In this document: in pieces, positions 28,726-36,611 of the stretch | Position numbering within the stretch: the first letter of the stretch is position 1 | Layout: each line of letters begins with the position of its first letter | Source: a virus | DNA: 40,606 nucleotides | IMG/VR virus record: IMGVR_UViG_3300020185_000107 | Coordinates: 1 to 40,606 of that record | Reading direction: 5' to 3' (one strand) | The notes under the pieces: generated by a model | What the model was told of the DNA's origin: nothing | Seen by the model: only the letters and a program-made list of their open reading frames with translations | Databases searched by the model: none | Position numbers and translations under genes: made by a program

Positions 28726-29436
28726 ATGGCGTTACCAAAACTGAATGATGTACCCAAGTTTAATATAACAATACCATCAACTGGTAAAAAAGTTCGTTTC
28801 AGACCTTACTTAGTTAAGGAAGAAAAGGTTTTATTAATGGCGGTTGAATCAGGAGATACCGGAGCAGCAATTGATGCAATGGTCGATACGATTGAATCGT
28901 GTATAACTGAGAAAATTAACGTAAGCGAACTTACCACATTTGATGTTGAGTATCTGTTCACGCAGATCAGATCTAAGTCTTCGGGCGAGTCTGTTAAATT
29001 GGGGTTAAAATGTAAAGGGTGCGAGGTTCCGAATGAAACGGAAGTTAAACTCGACGATCTAAAAATTAAAATGCCTAAAATAAAGAAAACAGTAGAATTG
29101 AATGAAGATGTGTCTATCGAGTTAAGATATCCACCGTTTAGCGTATTGACAAAATATGATTTTGCAGATGATACGATTTCTGATGCTGTTAGGTCTTTTC
29201 AGTTAGCTGGCGAATGCATTCAAGCAGTACTCTTTGATGACGAAAGAACCGATAACGAAGATATTACAAATGAAGAAATGCAAGAGTTTTTAGAATCAAT
29301 GACAACCGAACAATTTAAAGTGGTGTCTTCGTTTGTTGAATCTATGCCTAAACTTTCGCACACAATAAAATTTAAATGTGTTAGTTGTGATCATGACAAT
29401 TCAATAGTATTGGAGGGAATGCAAAGTTTTTTTTAG
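28726..29436 (+). CDS. gp26: Baseplate hub assembly protein gp26
   Basis: MALPKLN.VPKF...IPSTGKKVRFRPYLVKEEKVLLMA, FDVEYLF.QIRSKS.GE, C..C, F.ESMPKL.H and C..C.H.N...LEG.QSFF. Confidence 0.92.
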   Translation: MALPKLNDVPKFNITIPSTGKKVRFRPYLVKEEKVLLMAVESGDTGAAIDAMVDTIESCITEKINVSELTTFDVEYLFTQIRSKSSGESVKLGLKCKGCEVPNETEVKLDDLKIKMPKIKKTVELNEDVSIELRYPPFSVLTKYDFADDTISDAVRSFQLAGECIQAVLFDDERTDNEDITNEEMQEFLESMTTEQFKVVSSFVESMPKLSHTIKFKCVSCDHDNSIVLEGMQSFF

Positions 29437-29618
29437 TATCCCTTTCTCACGATAATTTAGTGAATCATTATAAGACAAATTTCGAGTTAATGTATGCTGA
29501 CAAATACACGTTAACAGAACTGGACCAAATGATACCTTGGGAAAGGGAAATTTACATAACAATGCTTACTCAACGAATTAAAGAAGAAAACGAGAAGAGA
29601 AAAAATGGCAATCGATAG
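29427..29618 (+). CDS. gp51: gp51-like hub assembly catalyst, probably reached by a -1 frameshift from gp26 (first in-frame ATG at 29490)
   Basis: The -1 frame reads FFLVSLSHDNLVNHYKTNFELMYADKYTLTELDQMIPWEREIYITMLTQRIKEENEKRK. L.NHYKTNF.LM...Y.L.EL..MIPWERE.Y is the gp51-like motif. Too short for the ORF track. Confidence 0.8.
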   Translation, partial: FFLVSLSHDNLVNHYKTNFELMYADKYTLTELDQMIPWEREIYITMLTQRIKEENEKRKNGNR

Positions 29619-30891
29619 CGCAATTGCAAGTATGGGTTCATCCAACGCTGGTATGGTGTTAGCAGACATCAATACTTGGAGCGAAATCCAAGCAGAGTAC
29701 TCTGAGAAGTCTACCGAATATCTTTCGAGTATCAACGATACCTTGTTAGAAATTTGGGTTGGAATAACAGATTATTTTGAAGGGATGGAAAAAAAGTCAG
29801 CATTTGCTGCTGGCGAAGCGACTGATCCAGGTGACCTGGTGGGCGGTGGACCCAGCACACCAACCGCAAAGGAAGGTAGTGATGCATTCTCTCTTGTAGA
29901 TTTCTTTAAAGCACTTGCAGCAGCACTTGCAGGTTTTGTAGGTACAATTCTTCCCGCAATCATTGCATCATTAAGTTTATCAAATATGGGGTTCACCGGT
30001 TTAGAATTCAAAGCATTAGATAAAATTAAAGGATTCTTTTCAGGAAAATGGTGGACTGAGAAAGTAGATAAGTTAGCAAAAATATTTCGGGAAAACAAAG
30101 CAGTAATCGCAATCAAAGAGTTTTTCGAAGGTGGTAAGATTCAAAAAGTTTTCACCAATGCGATGAAAAATATTAAAATGTTCTTTTCACTAGAAGGTGA
30201 TGGAATCATAGGAAAAATCTTTCGGGGTATCAAGGGTATGGGAGGTAAGATTGTCGCGGTGATGGGTAAGATTTTTTACCCTATCAGTTTGTTGATGTCT
30301 GCTTTCGATGGGTTCATGGTAGCATCAGAGGATTTCAAAGAAAACGAAAGTGTTGTTTCTGCTGGGGTCAATTTTATAACAGGGTTCTTTGCTTCTTTTA
30401 TAGGCACGTTTGCAGACATGATCAAAGACGGTATCATGTGGTTGATAGCAAAGATGTTTGGTATTGAAATGGACGATGAGGGTAACTTTGATAAATCTAA
30501 AAATCCGATTATGGCAGCAATCGATAATGCTTCATTTGCAGATGCTATCTTAGATATCGGTGCGAAATTTAGTGAGTTCTGGTCTAGCATAACGGATTCT
30601 TTTTTCGAATGGTGGGAAAACTTTTCTTTCATGGATTTTATCAGTGGTGATGCTAGTGCTGACGATTTCAAAATGAGTAACGGAAAAACTTACGGTAAAA
30701 GAGAAGACCAAACGGAACAATTAACTGATGCTGCTGCGGAAAATGTTGCTGGTAAAGGAGGCGGTGGTGTGGTCCAAATAAACGCACCCCAAAATTCTAG
30801 TACCACGACTAATGCAAATCAATCTGTATTAGTCGGAGCAACCGCATCTGCTGGTAATCCTATTTGGAAACCCAAACGTAGTCGTGGATAA
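29605..30891 (+). CDS. Putative tape measure / baseplate hub protein (gp29-like)
   Basis: 428 aa, helical, with hydrophobic segments and aromatic-spaced amphipathic runs (GFFSGKWW, GKIFYPISLLMSAFDG) and a C-terminal VQINAPQNSSTTT. Follows the gp26/gp51 chaperone pair. Confidence 0.6.
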   Translation: MAIDSAIASMGSSNAGMVLADINTWSEIQAEYSEKSTEYLSSINDTLLEIWVGITDYFEGMEKKSAFAAGEATDPGDLVGGGPSTPTAKEGSDAFSLVDFFKALAAALAGFVGTILPAIIASLSLSNMGFTGLEFKALDKIKGFFSGKWWTEKVDKLAKIFRENKAVIAIKEFFEGGKIQKVFTNAMKNIKMFFSLEGDGIIGKIFRGIKGMGGKIVAVMGKIFYPISLLMSAFDGFMVASEDFKENESVVSAGVNFITGFFASFIGTFADMIKDGIMWLIAKMFGIEMDDEGNFDKSKNPIMAAIDNASFADAILDIGAKFSEFWSSITDSFFEWWENFSFMDFISGDASADDFKMSNGKTYGKREDQTEQLTDAAAENVAGKGGGGVVQINAPQNSSTTTNANQSVLVGATASAGNPIWKPKRSRG

Positions 30892-30902
30892 GGACCAGCA
30901 TA

Positions 30903-31169
30903 ATGCCTAAAAAAATTAAAGTAAGAAGACAGCGAGTTCCTAAATCTGTATCACTAATACAGTTTGATGATCTTCCGTCTTCTGCCAAAAGTAAAGGAAA
31001 ACACAAACTTAATAGAAGTGATCTTAATTCTTCTCAACGAAATAATTTTGATGGTAATGATATTACTGCGATCATAGACGGCACCAGTGTTTCAATCGTA
31101 GAACCTACTGGAAATTTGACAGATGCTCTTTTGTCTATTAATGATCAAAGAGAAATAGAAGGGATATAA
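30903..31169 (+). CDS. Hypothetical protein, basic N-terminus
   Basis: 88-aa ORF with RBS TAAGGA, ending at the operon terminator. No recognisable motif. Confidence 0.55.
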   Translation: MPKKIKVRRQRVPKSVSLIQFDDLPSSAKSKGKHKLNRSDLNSSQRNNFDGNDITAIIDGTSVSIVEPTGNLTDALLSINDQREIEGI

Positions 31170-31191
31170 AAAAAGCACCCGAAGGTGCTTT
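31167..31191 (-). terminator. Rho-independent terminator after gp32 with a C(UUCG)G tetraloop, possibly bidirectional
   Basis: On the - strand: AAAGCACC-TTCG-GGTGCTTT followed by TTTTA. Lies between convergent genes. Confidence 0.9.
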
Positions 31192-31230
31192 AGTGTTGTT
31201 TTGCGGCAGAAGCACGAAGGAACAACGGTC

Positions 31231-32115
31231 CTAATCTTCCTCTGCCAATTTAGCAAAGTATGACATTGTGTCATCTTCGTCTGCTGCCGATACTGAGGGA
31301 GCAGGTGCTTCCCTAACAGGTGCCGGTGCTTGGACTTCTTCTACTGCACGAAATGCTTGGACTGCCGGTGCTGATTCACCTAACACCATTTGCAAACGAG
31401 CAGATAGTTCTTCATATGACTTATACTGTGCTGGGTCAGTAAACTCACCAAGATCATACAGTTTAGAATACGTTTCTTCAAGAAACGATTCGTCTGCTGA
31501 AAGTTCTGACGGAGAGTCAAACTCAGACTTATCGTAGTTTCGATAACCTTCGAATTTACGAATTTTTAGTTTGAAGGATGCACCAGACCAAAAATCAAAA
31601 GGATTCATTGGCTTCTCATCTGGGTATTCTGGATTCATTACATCCATAATCTTATCATGGATCTTTTTACCATAGGTAAATAACATTACCTGACCTTCGT
31701 TTGCTGGATTGCTAGGATCCGATTCAATGAGTACGTTAGAGACATAGTGTAATCGACGCTTGCGTTCACGTGCGATATCCTTATCTCGATCATCGCCAGA
31801 GTTCCACAGTTTAGTGTTTGCCTCTGATACTGGGTCTTGCTGACCGAGTGAAGTCAATGACTTCTCGATGTACCATTGTCCGGTTGGACCTTTGAACCCA
31901 TGATCCCAAAACTTTGCCCATGGAAGATCAGTGCCTTCTGGTGCTGGTAAGAATCGTAGAACAGCATAACCGTTTCCTGCTTTATCTACTGTGGGTTTCC
32001 ATTGACGCTCATCGACATAGGATTTCGTTGTTTTTTGCTGATCGGTATCAGCAGCAGCAGCGACTAGGCGAGAGAGATCGTTTGCGCGATTGCGCTTGAG
32101 TGCTTCAAATGACAT
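31231..32115 (-). CDS. gp32: Single-stranded DNA-binding protein gp32
   Basis: D.R.WKPTVDKAGNGYAVLRFLPAPEG.DLPW.K.WDHGFKGPTGQWYIEKSLTSLGQ.DPVSE.N, YGKKI.DKI, FDFW.GA.FKLKIR and an acidic tail ending DDTMSYFAKLAEED. Confidence 0.97.
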   Translation of the reverse strand: MSFEALKRNRANDLSRLVAAAADTDQQKTTKSYVDERQWKPTVDKAGNGYAVLRFLPAPEGTDLPWAKFWDHGFKGPTGQWYIEKSLTSLGQQDPVSEANTKLWNSGDDRDKDIARERKRRLHYVSNVLIESDPSNPANEGQVMLFTYGKKIHDKIMDVMNPEYPDEKPMNPFDFWSGASFKLKIRKFEGYRNYDKSEFDSPSELSADESFLEETYSKLYDLGEFTDPAQYKSYEELSARLQMVLGESAPAVQAFRAVEEVQAPAPVREAPAPSVSAADEDDTMSYFAKLAEED

Positions 32116-32182
32116 ATATTTTTTCCTTGTATAGTCAGAGTATTACAGTGTATTTCAAAGTATTTTCATAATGTAGTAGTAT

Positions 32183-32210
32183 ATAGTACCACAAATATTT
32201 CAAATGTCAA
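32183..32210 (-). promoter_or_regulatory. Sigma70-like promoter upstream of gp32
   Basis: TTGACA (32210-32205), 16-nt spacer, TGn-TACTAT, about 70 nt before the ATG. Confidence 0.6.
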
Positions 32211-32213
32211 GTA

Positions 32214-32978
32214 TTAATCAGCATCGAATAAATGCCATGGGTCTGCATGCGGAATACCCAGACCATAACCAGCGCGAGCTGTACCAAGACGAATAATCAA
32301 TCTTCGAATATAGGTATCGGTTGTTTTATGCCAACTATGAGGTTGCCACGTATTCATCATCACTGGTTTGTTTTTAGCATCCAGTTCTTCAAAAACCATT
32401 TCAACGTCTCTTGAGTCGTATACGCCATGCCCATCAAACTCAAAACCAAATTGTGACACTGCGACTTGTCGTGCTGGTGGATTTCCGTAACTATATGATC
32501 TTAGTGCATAAAAACCATCGTTATCGTCTAATGGTATGTTTATTGTCACTTTGGGATCGGGAAATGAATCCCTTGCTTTTGAATGATCATGTTCAAGTTT
32601 TTTATCCCAATCCCATTGCGTATCAGTATGAATAGTTAAGGACTGTTTAAAATCGTCGGGCACATTGATAGGATCTTTAAATATTATATTATCTGCTGAT
32701 TTGGTAGTAAGCTCATTAATAAACCAATAACTAATTTCAGCATTGTTTTCTTTTAACCAATTGTTTAAAGATGGGAGCAAATGAGAAATGGGAGTATATC
32801 CTTCCCAGTACATTTTCCACAAAAGACTGTAACCGTTAAGAGCAGTAGCATTAGGTGTACCGTTATCATATAACTCCCACAATGTATTAGCATTTTCTTT
32901 TGCTTCTTTTACCCACTCAGGATAATCCAAGGTCTTAGCAAACCATCTGTCTAATTCAAATCTTTGTATATCGCTCAT
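32214..32978 (-). CDS. Putative 2OG-Fe(II) oxygenase / cupin-fold protein
   Basis: HxD (TIHTD), a TINIPL strand, a distal His in MNTWQPHSW and a terminal RRLIIRL give the facial-triad layout of phage DSBH proteins. Confidence 0.6.
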   Translation of the reverse strand: MSDIQRFELDRWFAKTLDYPEWVKEAKENANTLWELYDNGTPNATALNGYSLLWKMYWEGYTPISHLLPSLNNWLKENNAEISYWFINELTTKSADNIIFKDPINVPDDFKQSLTIHTDTQWDWDKKLEHDHSKARDSFPDPKVTINIPLDDNDGFYALRSYSYGNPPARQVAVSQFGFEFDGHGVYDSRDVEMVFEELDAKNKPVMMNTWQPHSWHKTTDTYIRRLIIRLGTARAGYGLGIPHADPWHLFDAD

Positions 32979-33211
32979 TCTAATTCTATACTTTTATTTT
33001 TAACTTGCATTAAATTAAGTTTAGTAGCTTCACTTTGAATTTTAGATTTTATAGCAGGGGAAATATATTTGGTCATATCTTCAACCTCTATATTAATCTT
33101 TTCACATAAATGAATAACTGCATCAAGATAACTAATACGTTTTTCTTTAACGACTACTTCTACCATTTTACTAAATTTTTGTTTAGTTAACATTAAACCA
33201 TCAAGATCCAT
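32975..33211 (-). CDS. gp33: Late transcription co-activator gp33
   Basis: KFS..VE.VV.EK.ISY.DAV..LCE...IE.ED....ISP.IK.KI..EA..LNL. Confidence 0.9.
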   Translation of the reverse strand: MDLDGLMLTKQKFSKMVEVVVKEKRISYLDAVIHLCEKINIEVEDMTKYISPAIKSKIQSEATKLNLMQVKNKSIELE

Positions 33212-33944
33212 TTTCTAATTCCTTTGTCCATATCATACCTATATCGGGGTAGTATGTTCCTACCGTCCGTTTGACTACACCGTTTTCATCATATGCTAAT
33301 GATTTACAAACCCACAAAGTTTTCTTCTCTCTATTCTCACCATAGAAAAGATCGTTCCATACTCCAGTCCTAAGATATGTTCGAATATTAGCAAGGTAGG
33401 TCTCGGCATTTTGTAAAGCAAGTCTACGGTGCGGATCTTTACCTTCAGCATCTTTCTTGTTAGCAGAAATATACTTCTTTGCCGTTTCTGCCCATTCTCT
33501 AACCTTTTCCTCTGAAAGGAAATGATCTTTGTCTAATGCAACGATATCGGAATGCAACAACGGATCTGAATGAACCCTGCTACGTAAAACTTCTGCACGT
33601 AAAAGTAGAGGTTTTAAATTCTTCTCTAAACTTGAAAAGATTATTTTCGGCATGTATCCTAATTCAACTGCGATAAAACCATACTTTGCAAACGGTAACA
33701 TGAAAGTGTCTGGCAGAGTTTTAGTCTCTTCATGAAGATTCCATCCCGACTGTTTACGAATCCAAACTTTTAAACTAGCAAGAGCATCTTTATCGGACAC
33801 TTCATAATGAACAAAATCGCTCGCTTGCTTATAAGCATCCAACTGTTTTTCTTCATCAGTAAACTTAGAAAACTTTTCCCAGTTGGGTTCAGGAATAAGA
33901 GTTTTGATTTTCTTAGGTGTAGGTTTTTTCTTAATCTTCGCCAT
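33201..33944 (-). CDS. Conserved hypothetical phage protein
   Basis: 247 aa, overlapping both neighbours. C-terminal YLRTGVWNDLFYG...C..LAYD.NG..KR..G.YYPD.G..WT motif, which I recall from marine T4-like genomes. Confidence 0.75.
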   Translation of the reverse strand: MAKIKKKPTPKKIKTLIPEPNWEKFSKFTDEEKQLDAYKQASDFVHYEVSDKDALASLKVWIRKQSGWNLHEETKTLPDTFMLPFAKYGFIAVELGYMPKIIFSSLEKNLKPLLLRAEVLRSRVHSDPLLHSDIVALDKDHFLSEEKVREWAETAKKYISANKKDAEGKDPHRRLALQNAETYLANIRTYLRTGVWNDLFYGENREKKTLWVCKSLAYDENGVVKRTVGTYYPDIGMIWTKELENGS

Positions 33945-34767
33945 ATCGATACTCTTCGTTAGCGTCTACGATTGCGTCTAGCAAAGGAGAATTTCTAGTG
34001 ATGAATCTTAAAGCTGCCATGTCTTTCGGCAGACAATGCCCACCGTACCCAAACTTACCATCTGGTCCTGGCACCTGTGAGTGCGACTTACCAATGCGAG
34101 GATCAAGTGCGATAGCATCGATCATACCATCGAAACCCTCAAACCCACACTCTTTATATATGCTATACATCTCGTTAAAGAAAGTGACTCGGGTTGCTAA
34201 GAAACAATTCTCCACGTACTTAGAGAATGCTGCTTGTTCTAATGACAGGTAACGAACTTCTTTCAATTCAGGCAAGACCGGTTTGAACAACTCGTCCCAG
34301 AACCGACAGTCATCGCCACCGTAGATCGCAAACGTCTGACCCATAAACTCATCTTGAGTAGACCGATGCATATTAGACGAACCAAGAAACTCGGGCGAGT
34401 ATGTCAGGCGATAATGTACATCAAGAACAGAATCCATCGTACCAGACGCGATTATAGCAGTCTCGTGAATATCACTCAACCACAAAGGATCAACCGCAGA
34501 CTTGATTAGAAACTTAGTGTCTGGGTTACACGAGTAGTATTTGTCTAGCACTGCGGCAACATTAGACGTGTCGCACTGACCGTCAGGACGAGCCGGTGTC
34601 GCAACACATACTACAACAGCATCAGGAGGATCGATCTGTTCATCTCGATAATAGTTAAAACCCTTTGCAGGATCATCAATAAAGACATTCTGCTCACTAG
34701 GCAGTTGTTCTAGTGCATGGTGTACTGCTTGCCCAACGGGACCATAACCCGCAACTACGATTTTCAT
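33931..34767 (-). CDS. ugd: UDP-glucose/GDP-mannose 6-dehydrogenase family protein lacking the C-terminal domain
   Basis: Rossmann MKIVVAGYGPVG, VCVATP, IKS.V, YSPEFL, KYVENCFLATRVTFFNE and catalytic DPRIG...GPDGKFGYGGHCLPKD. I prefer the ATG at 34767. Confidence 0.85.
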   Translation of the reverse strand: MKIVVAGYGPVGQAVHHALEQLPSEQNVFIDDPAKGFNYYRDEQIDPPDAVVVCVATPARPDGQCDTSNVAAVLDKYYSCNPDTKFLIKSAVDPLWLSDIHETAIIASGTMDSVLDVHYRLTYSPEFLGSSNMHRSTQDEFMGQTFAIYGGDDCRFWDELFKPVLPELKEVRYLSLEQAAFSKYVENCFLATRVTFFNEMYSIYKECGFEGFDGMIDAIALDPRIGKSHSQVPGPDGKFGYGGHCLPKDMAALRFITRNSPLLDAIVDANEEYRYGED

Positions 34768-35063
34768 GATAACATTCCCAAACAAAAGTTCTCCGCAACA
34801 TCTTCGGCATAAGGCAGCGACTTGTCAAAACATTCCACCGTTCTGATATACCGCGACTGTTCATACAGTTCAACCGAATAACCTGATTCACTCTTCATCA
34901 CGATTGCTTCTTTCTTGCCGTTCTCTGACCAATGATTAGATATCTTTTCATTGATGTTCACAGTTGTTTTATGTTCTTTCATACCAAATATCCTATTCCA
35001 ATTATCTTGGAAATCATCCTTCGAGACTGACAGGGGTCTCGGTTTCGATCCTTTCCCGTTCAT
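34764..35063 (-). CDS. Small hypothetical protein, apparently two common phage micro-proteins in one frame
   Basis: ATG at 35063 after GGAGTGGTGG gives MNGKGSKPRPLSVSKDDFQDNWNRIFG, continuing without a stop into MKEHK...SLPYAEDVAENFCLG. Confidence 0.65.
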   Translation of the reverse strand: MNGKGSKPRPLSVSKDDFQDNWNRIFGMKEHKTTVNINEKISNHWSENGKKEAIVMKSESGYSVELYEQSRYIRTVECFDKSLPYAEDVAENFCLGMLS

Positions 35064-35604
35064 TCCACCACTCCGGTTTGTCGCGTTTAGTCCATTTAGC
35101 AAAATCTCGTTTTGCTTCCCAATAATAATTACGATAAGATGTTATAGAATCACCTTCTACGATACATTCAGGAAATGCTTGCATAGCTGGGGTAGGTTGT
35201 GTAAACCCGCCACCACCAATTTTTTGTGGAGGCAACATAAGATATAGTTCTAGATCAACATACGATTTATGTAGTTTACCATATCGGTACTTGAATTCAT
35301 CACATAAATTTACCCACATTTCATACAACCACTCGTAGTTGTCTTGACTCTCCCGCAACCATTTATTTGACGGGTGATTGATATGGGATGCTTTATACAG
35401 CGTACTATTCATTTCACCGTCTTCTAAAAAGTATCTTGCAATTTTTCTACCGTTGATTGTTCGACCATACCATAACTCACCATCGATTACACGATGGGCA
35501 GTAGATAATAGCTGAGCGTACTCGACACACATTTTAGAGGCATGTGTATCACAATGCATTTCTGCACATGTTTTAGGGTCTTCTGAAAGATAGAACACGT
35601 TCAT
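35014..35604 (-). CDS. denV: Pyrimidine-dimer DNA glycosylase-like protein (DenV / Pyr_excise family)
   Basis: MNVFYLSEDP..CA..HCD.H..KM.VEYAQLLSTAHR, LYKASHINHPS..W.RES..NY.WL and TQPTPAM......GDSITSYRNYY...K..FA.W.KR..PEW. Confidence 0.78.
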   Translation of the reverse strand: MNVFYLSEDPKTCAEMHCDTHASKMCVEYAQLLSTAHRVIDGELWYGRTINGRKIARYFLEDGEMNSTLYKASHINHPSNKWLRESQDNYEWLYEMWVNLCDEFKYRYGKLHKSYVDLELYLMLPPQKIGGGGFTQPTPAMQAFPECIVEGDSITSYRNYYWEAKRDFAKWTKRDKPEWWNERERIETETPVSLEG

Positions 35605-35611
35605 AATAAAA

Positions 35612-35983
35612 TTATTTACCTTCTGTAATTACATCTGCTAAATTTTGTTCTGCTATTTGAACACGTTGATTTTCGAACTCTTCGTTCATTTTATCAGCAA
35701 TGATCTCGCTCATCATTCTAGGTGTCTGCTGCATTTTAGCAGCTTGATTTCGTTGCTTACGATTTAAACCGGAAGGATGAATAGAATTAATCTGCGGTTC
35801 CTTTTTACCTTTGGGCGTTTTTTTCTGGGCGGCAATTGCTTCCGCATTATTCTCTACGATATGTTTATAGAGACCAGATAGAATACCACTTTCTACATGA
35901 TTTAAACTATTATACATCTTTTTTTCTTTCTTGTCAATAATTTTCCCGACTTTGCGGAACAACTTTGCTTTTTTACCATTCAT
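35612..35983 (-). CDS. Hypothetical basic protein
   Basis: MNGKKAKLFRK... to a stop at 35612. Lys-rich. I prefer the ATG at 35983 to the track start at 36019. Confidence 0.65.
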   Translation of the reverse strand: MNGKKAKLFRKVGKIIDKKEKKMYNSLNHVESGILSGLYKHIVENNAEAIAAQKKTPKGKKEPQINSIHPSGLNRKQRNQAAKMQQTPRMMSEIIADKMNEEFENQRVQIAEQNLADVITEGK

Positions 35984-35999
35984 TATATTAATCTCTTTA

Positions 36000-36611
36000 T
36001 TAAGGTGTGTATTCAACAAGTGCTATACTTGTCTTTTCGGGGCGGTTTTTAAAATTATCGGTATAAATCCATTCTTTTACCTTACGATAACCTGCTTCCT
36101 CAAATGCCTGAGTAACTTCAGGATTATTATAATTATCAGCTAATAAACAATGAATGCCTAATCTTAGACACAATTGAACATCTTGGACAACATAAGGATA
36201 GAAATGAGATCCATCTACTAAAGCAAAATCAAATTTTATGCTAATTTGATCATTCCATTCTACAATCGCATTCGCTACTTCCTGGGTTTTTCCTGATATA
36301 AATCCAAATCTATTACCATAAATTTCTTTCATGGTCTCTATCATTTGTTGCCTATCAGAAGGTGGTACATAATTGCCTTCTAATAAAGTCTTTGGGCGAT
36401 ACTGTTCTGGATGAGGAGATATTGACTTGATTTTTGCGTTTTTATATATCTCTAACTGATACGTAGTCGAGTGCCCCATATGAAACCCAATTTCTAAAAC
36501 TTGAGTAGGATTATAGTTTTCATAGCAATATCGAAACGCATCAAAAATACTTTCGAGAGGATGCATATAACCCCACCCTAACTTTGGATATTTTAGATGA
36601 TCAAGATTCAT
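36000..36611 (-). CDS. Class I SAM-dependent methyltransferase (Methyltransf_24-like)
   Basis: VLEIGFHMGHST (motif I) and FDFALVDGSHFY..V..D (DG.H motif). Overlaps the thyX stop. Confidence 0.78.
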   Translation of the reverse strand: MNLDHLKYPKLGWGYMHPLESIFDAFRYCYENYNPTQVLEIGFHMGHSTTYQLEIYKNAKIKSISPHPEQYRPKTLLEGNYVPPSDRQQMIETMKEIYGNRFGFISGKTQEVANAIVEWNDQISIKFDFALVDGSHFYPYVVQDVQLCLRLGIHCLLADNYNNPEVTQAFEEAGYRKVKEWIYTDNFKNRPEKTSIALVEYTP

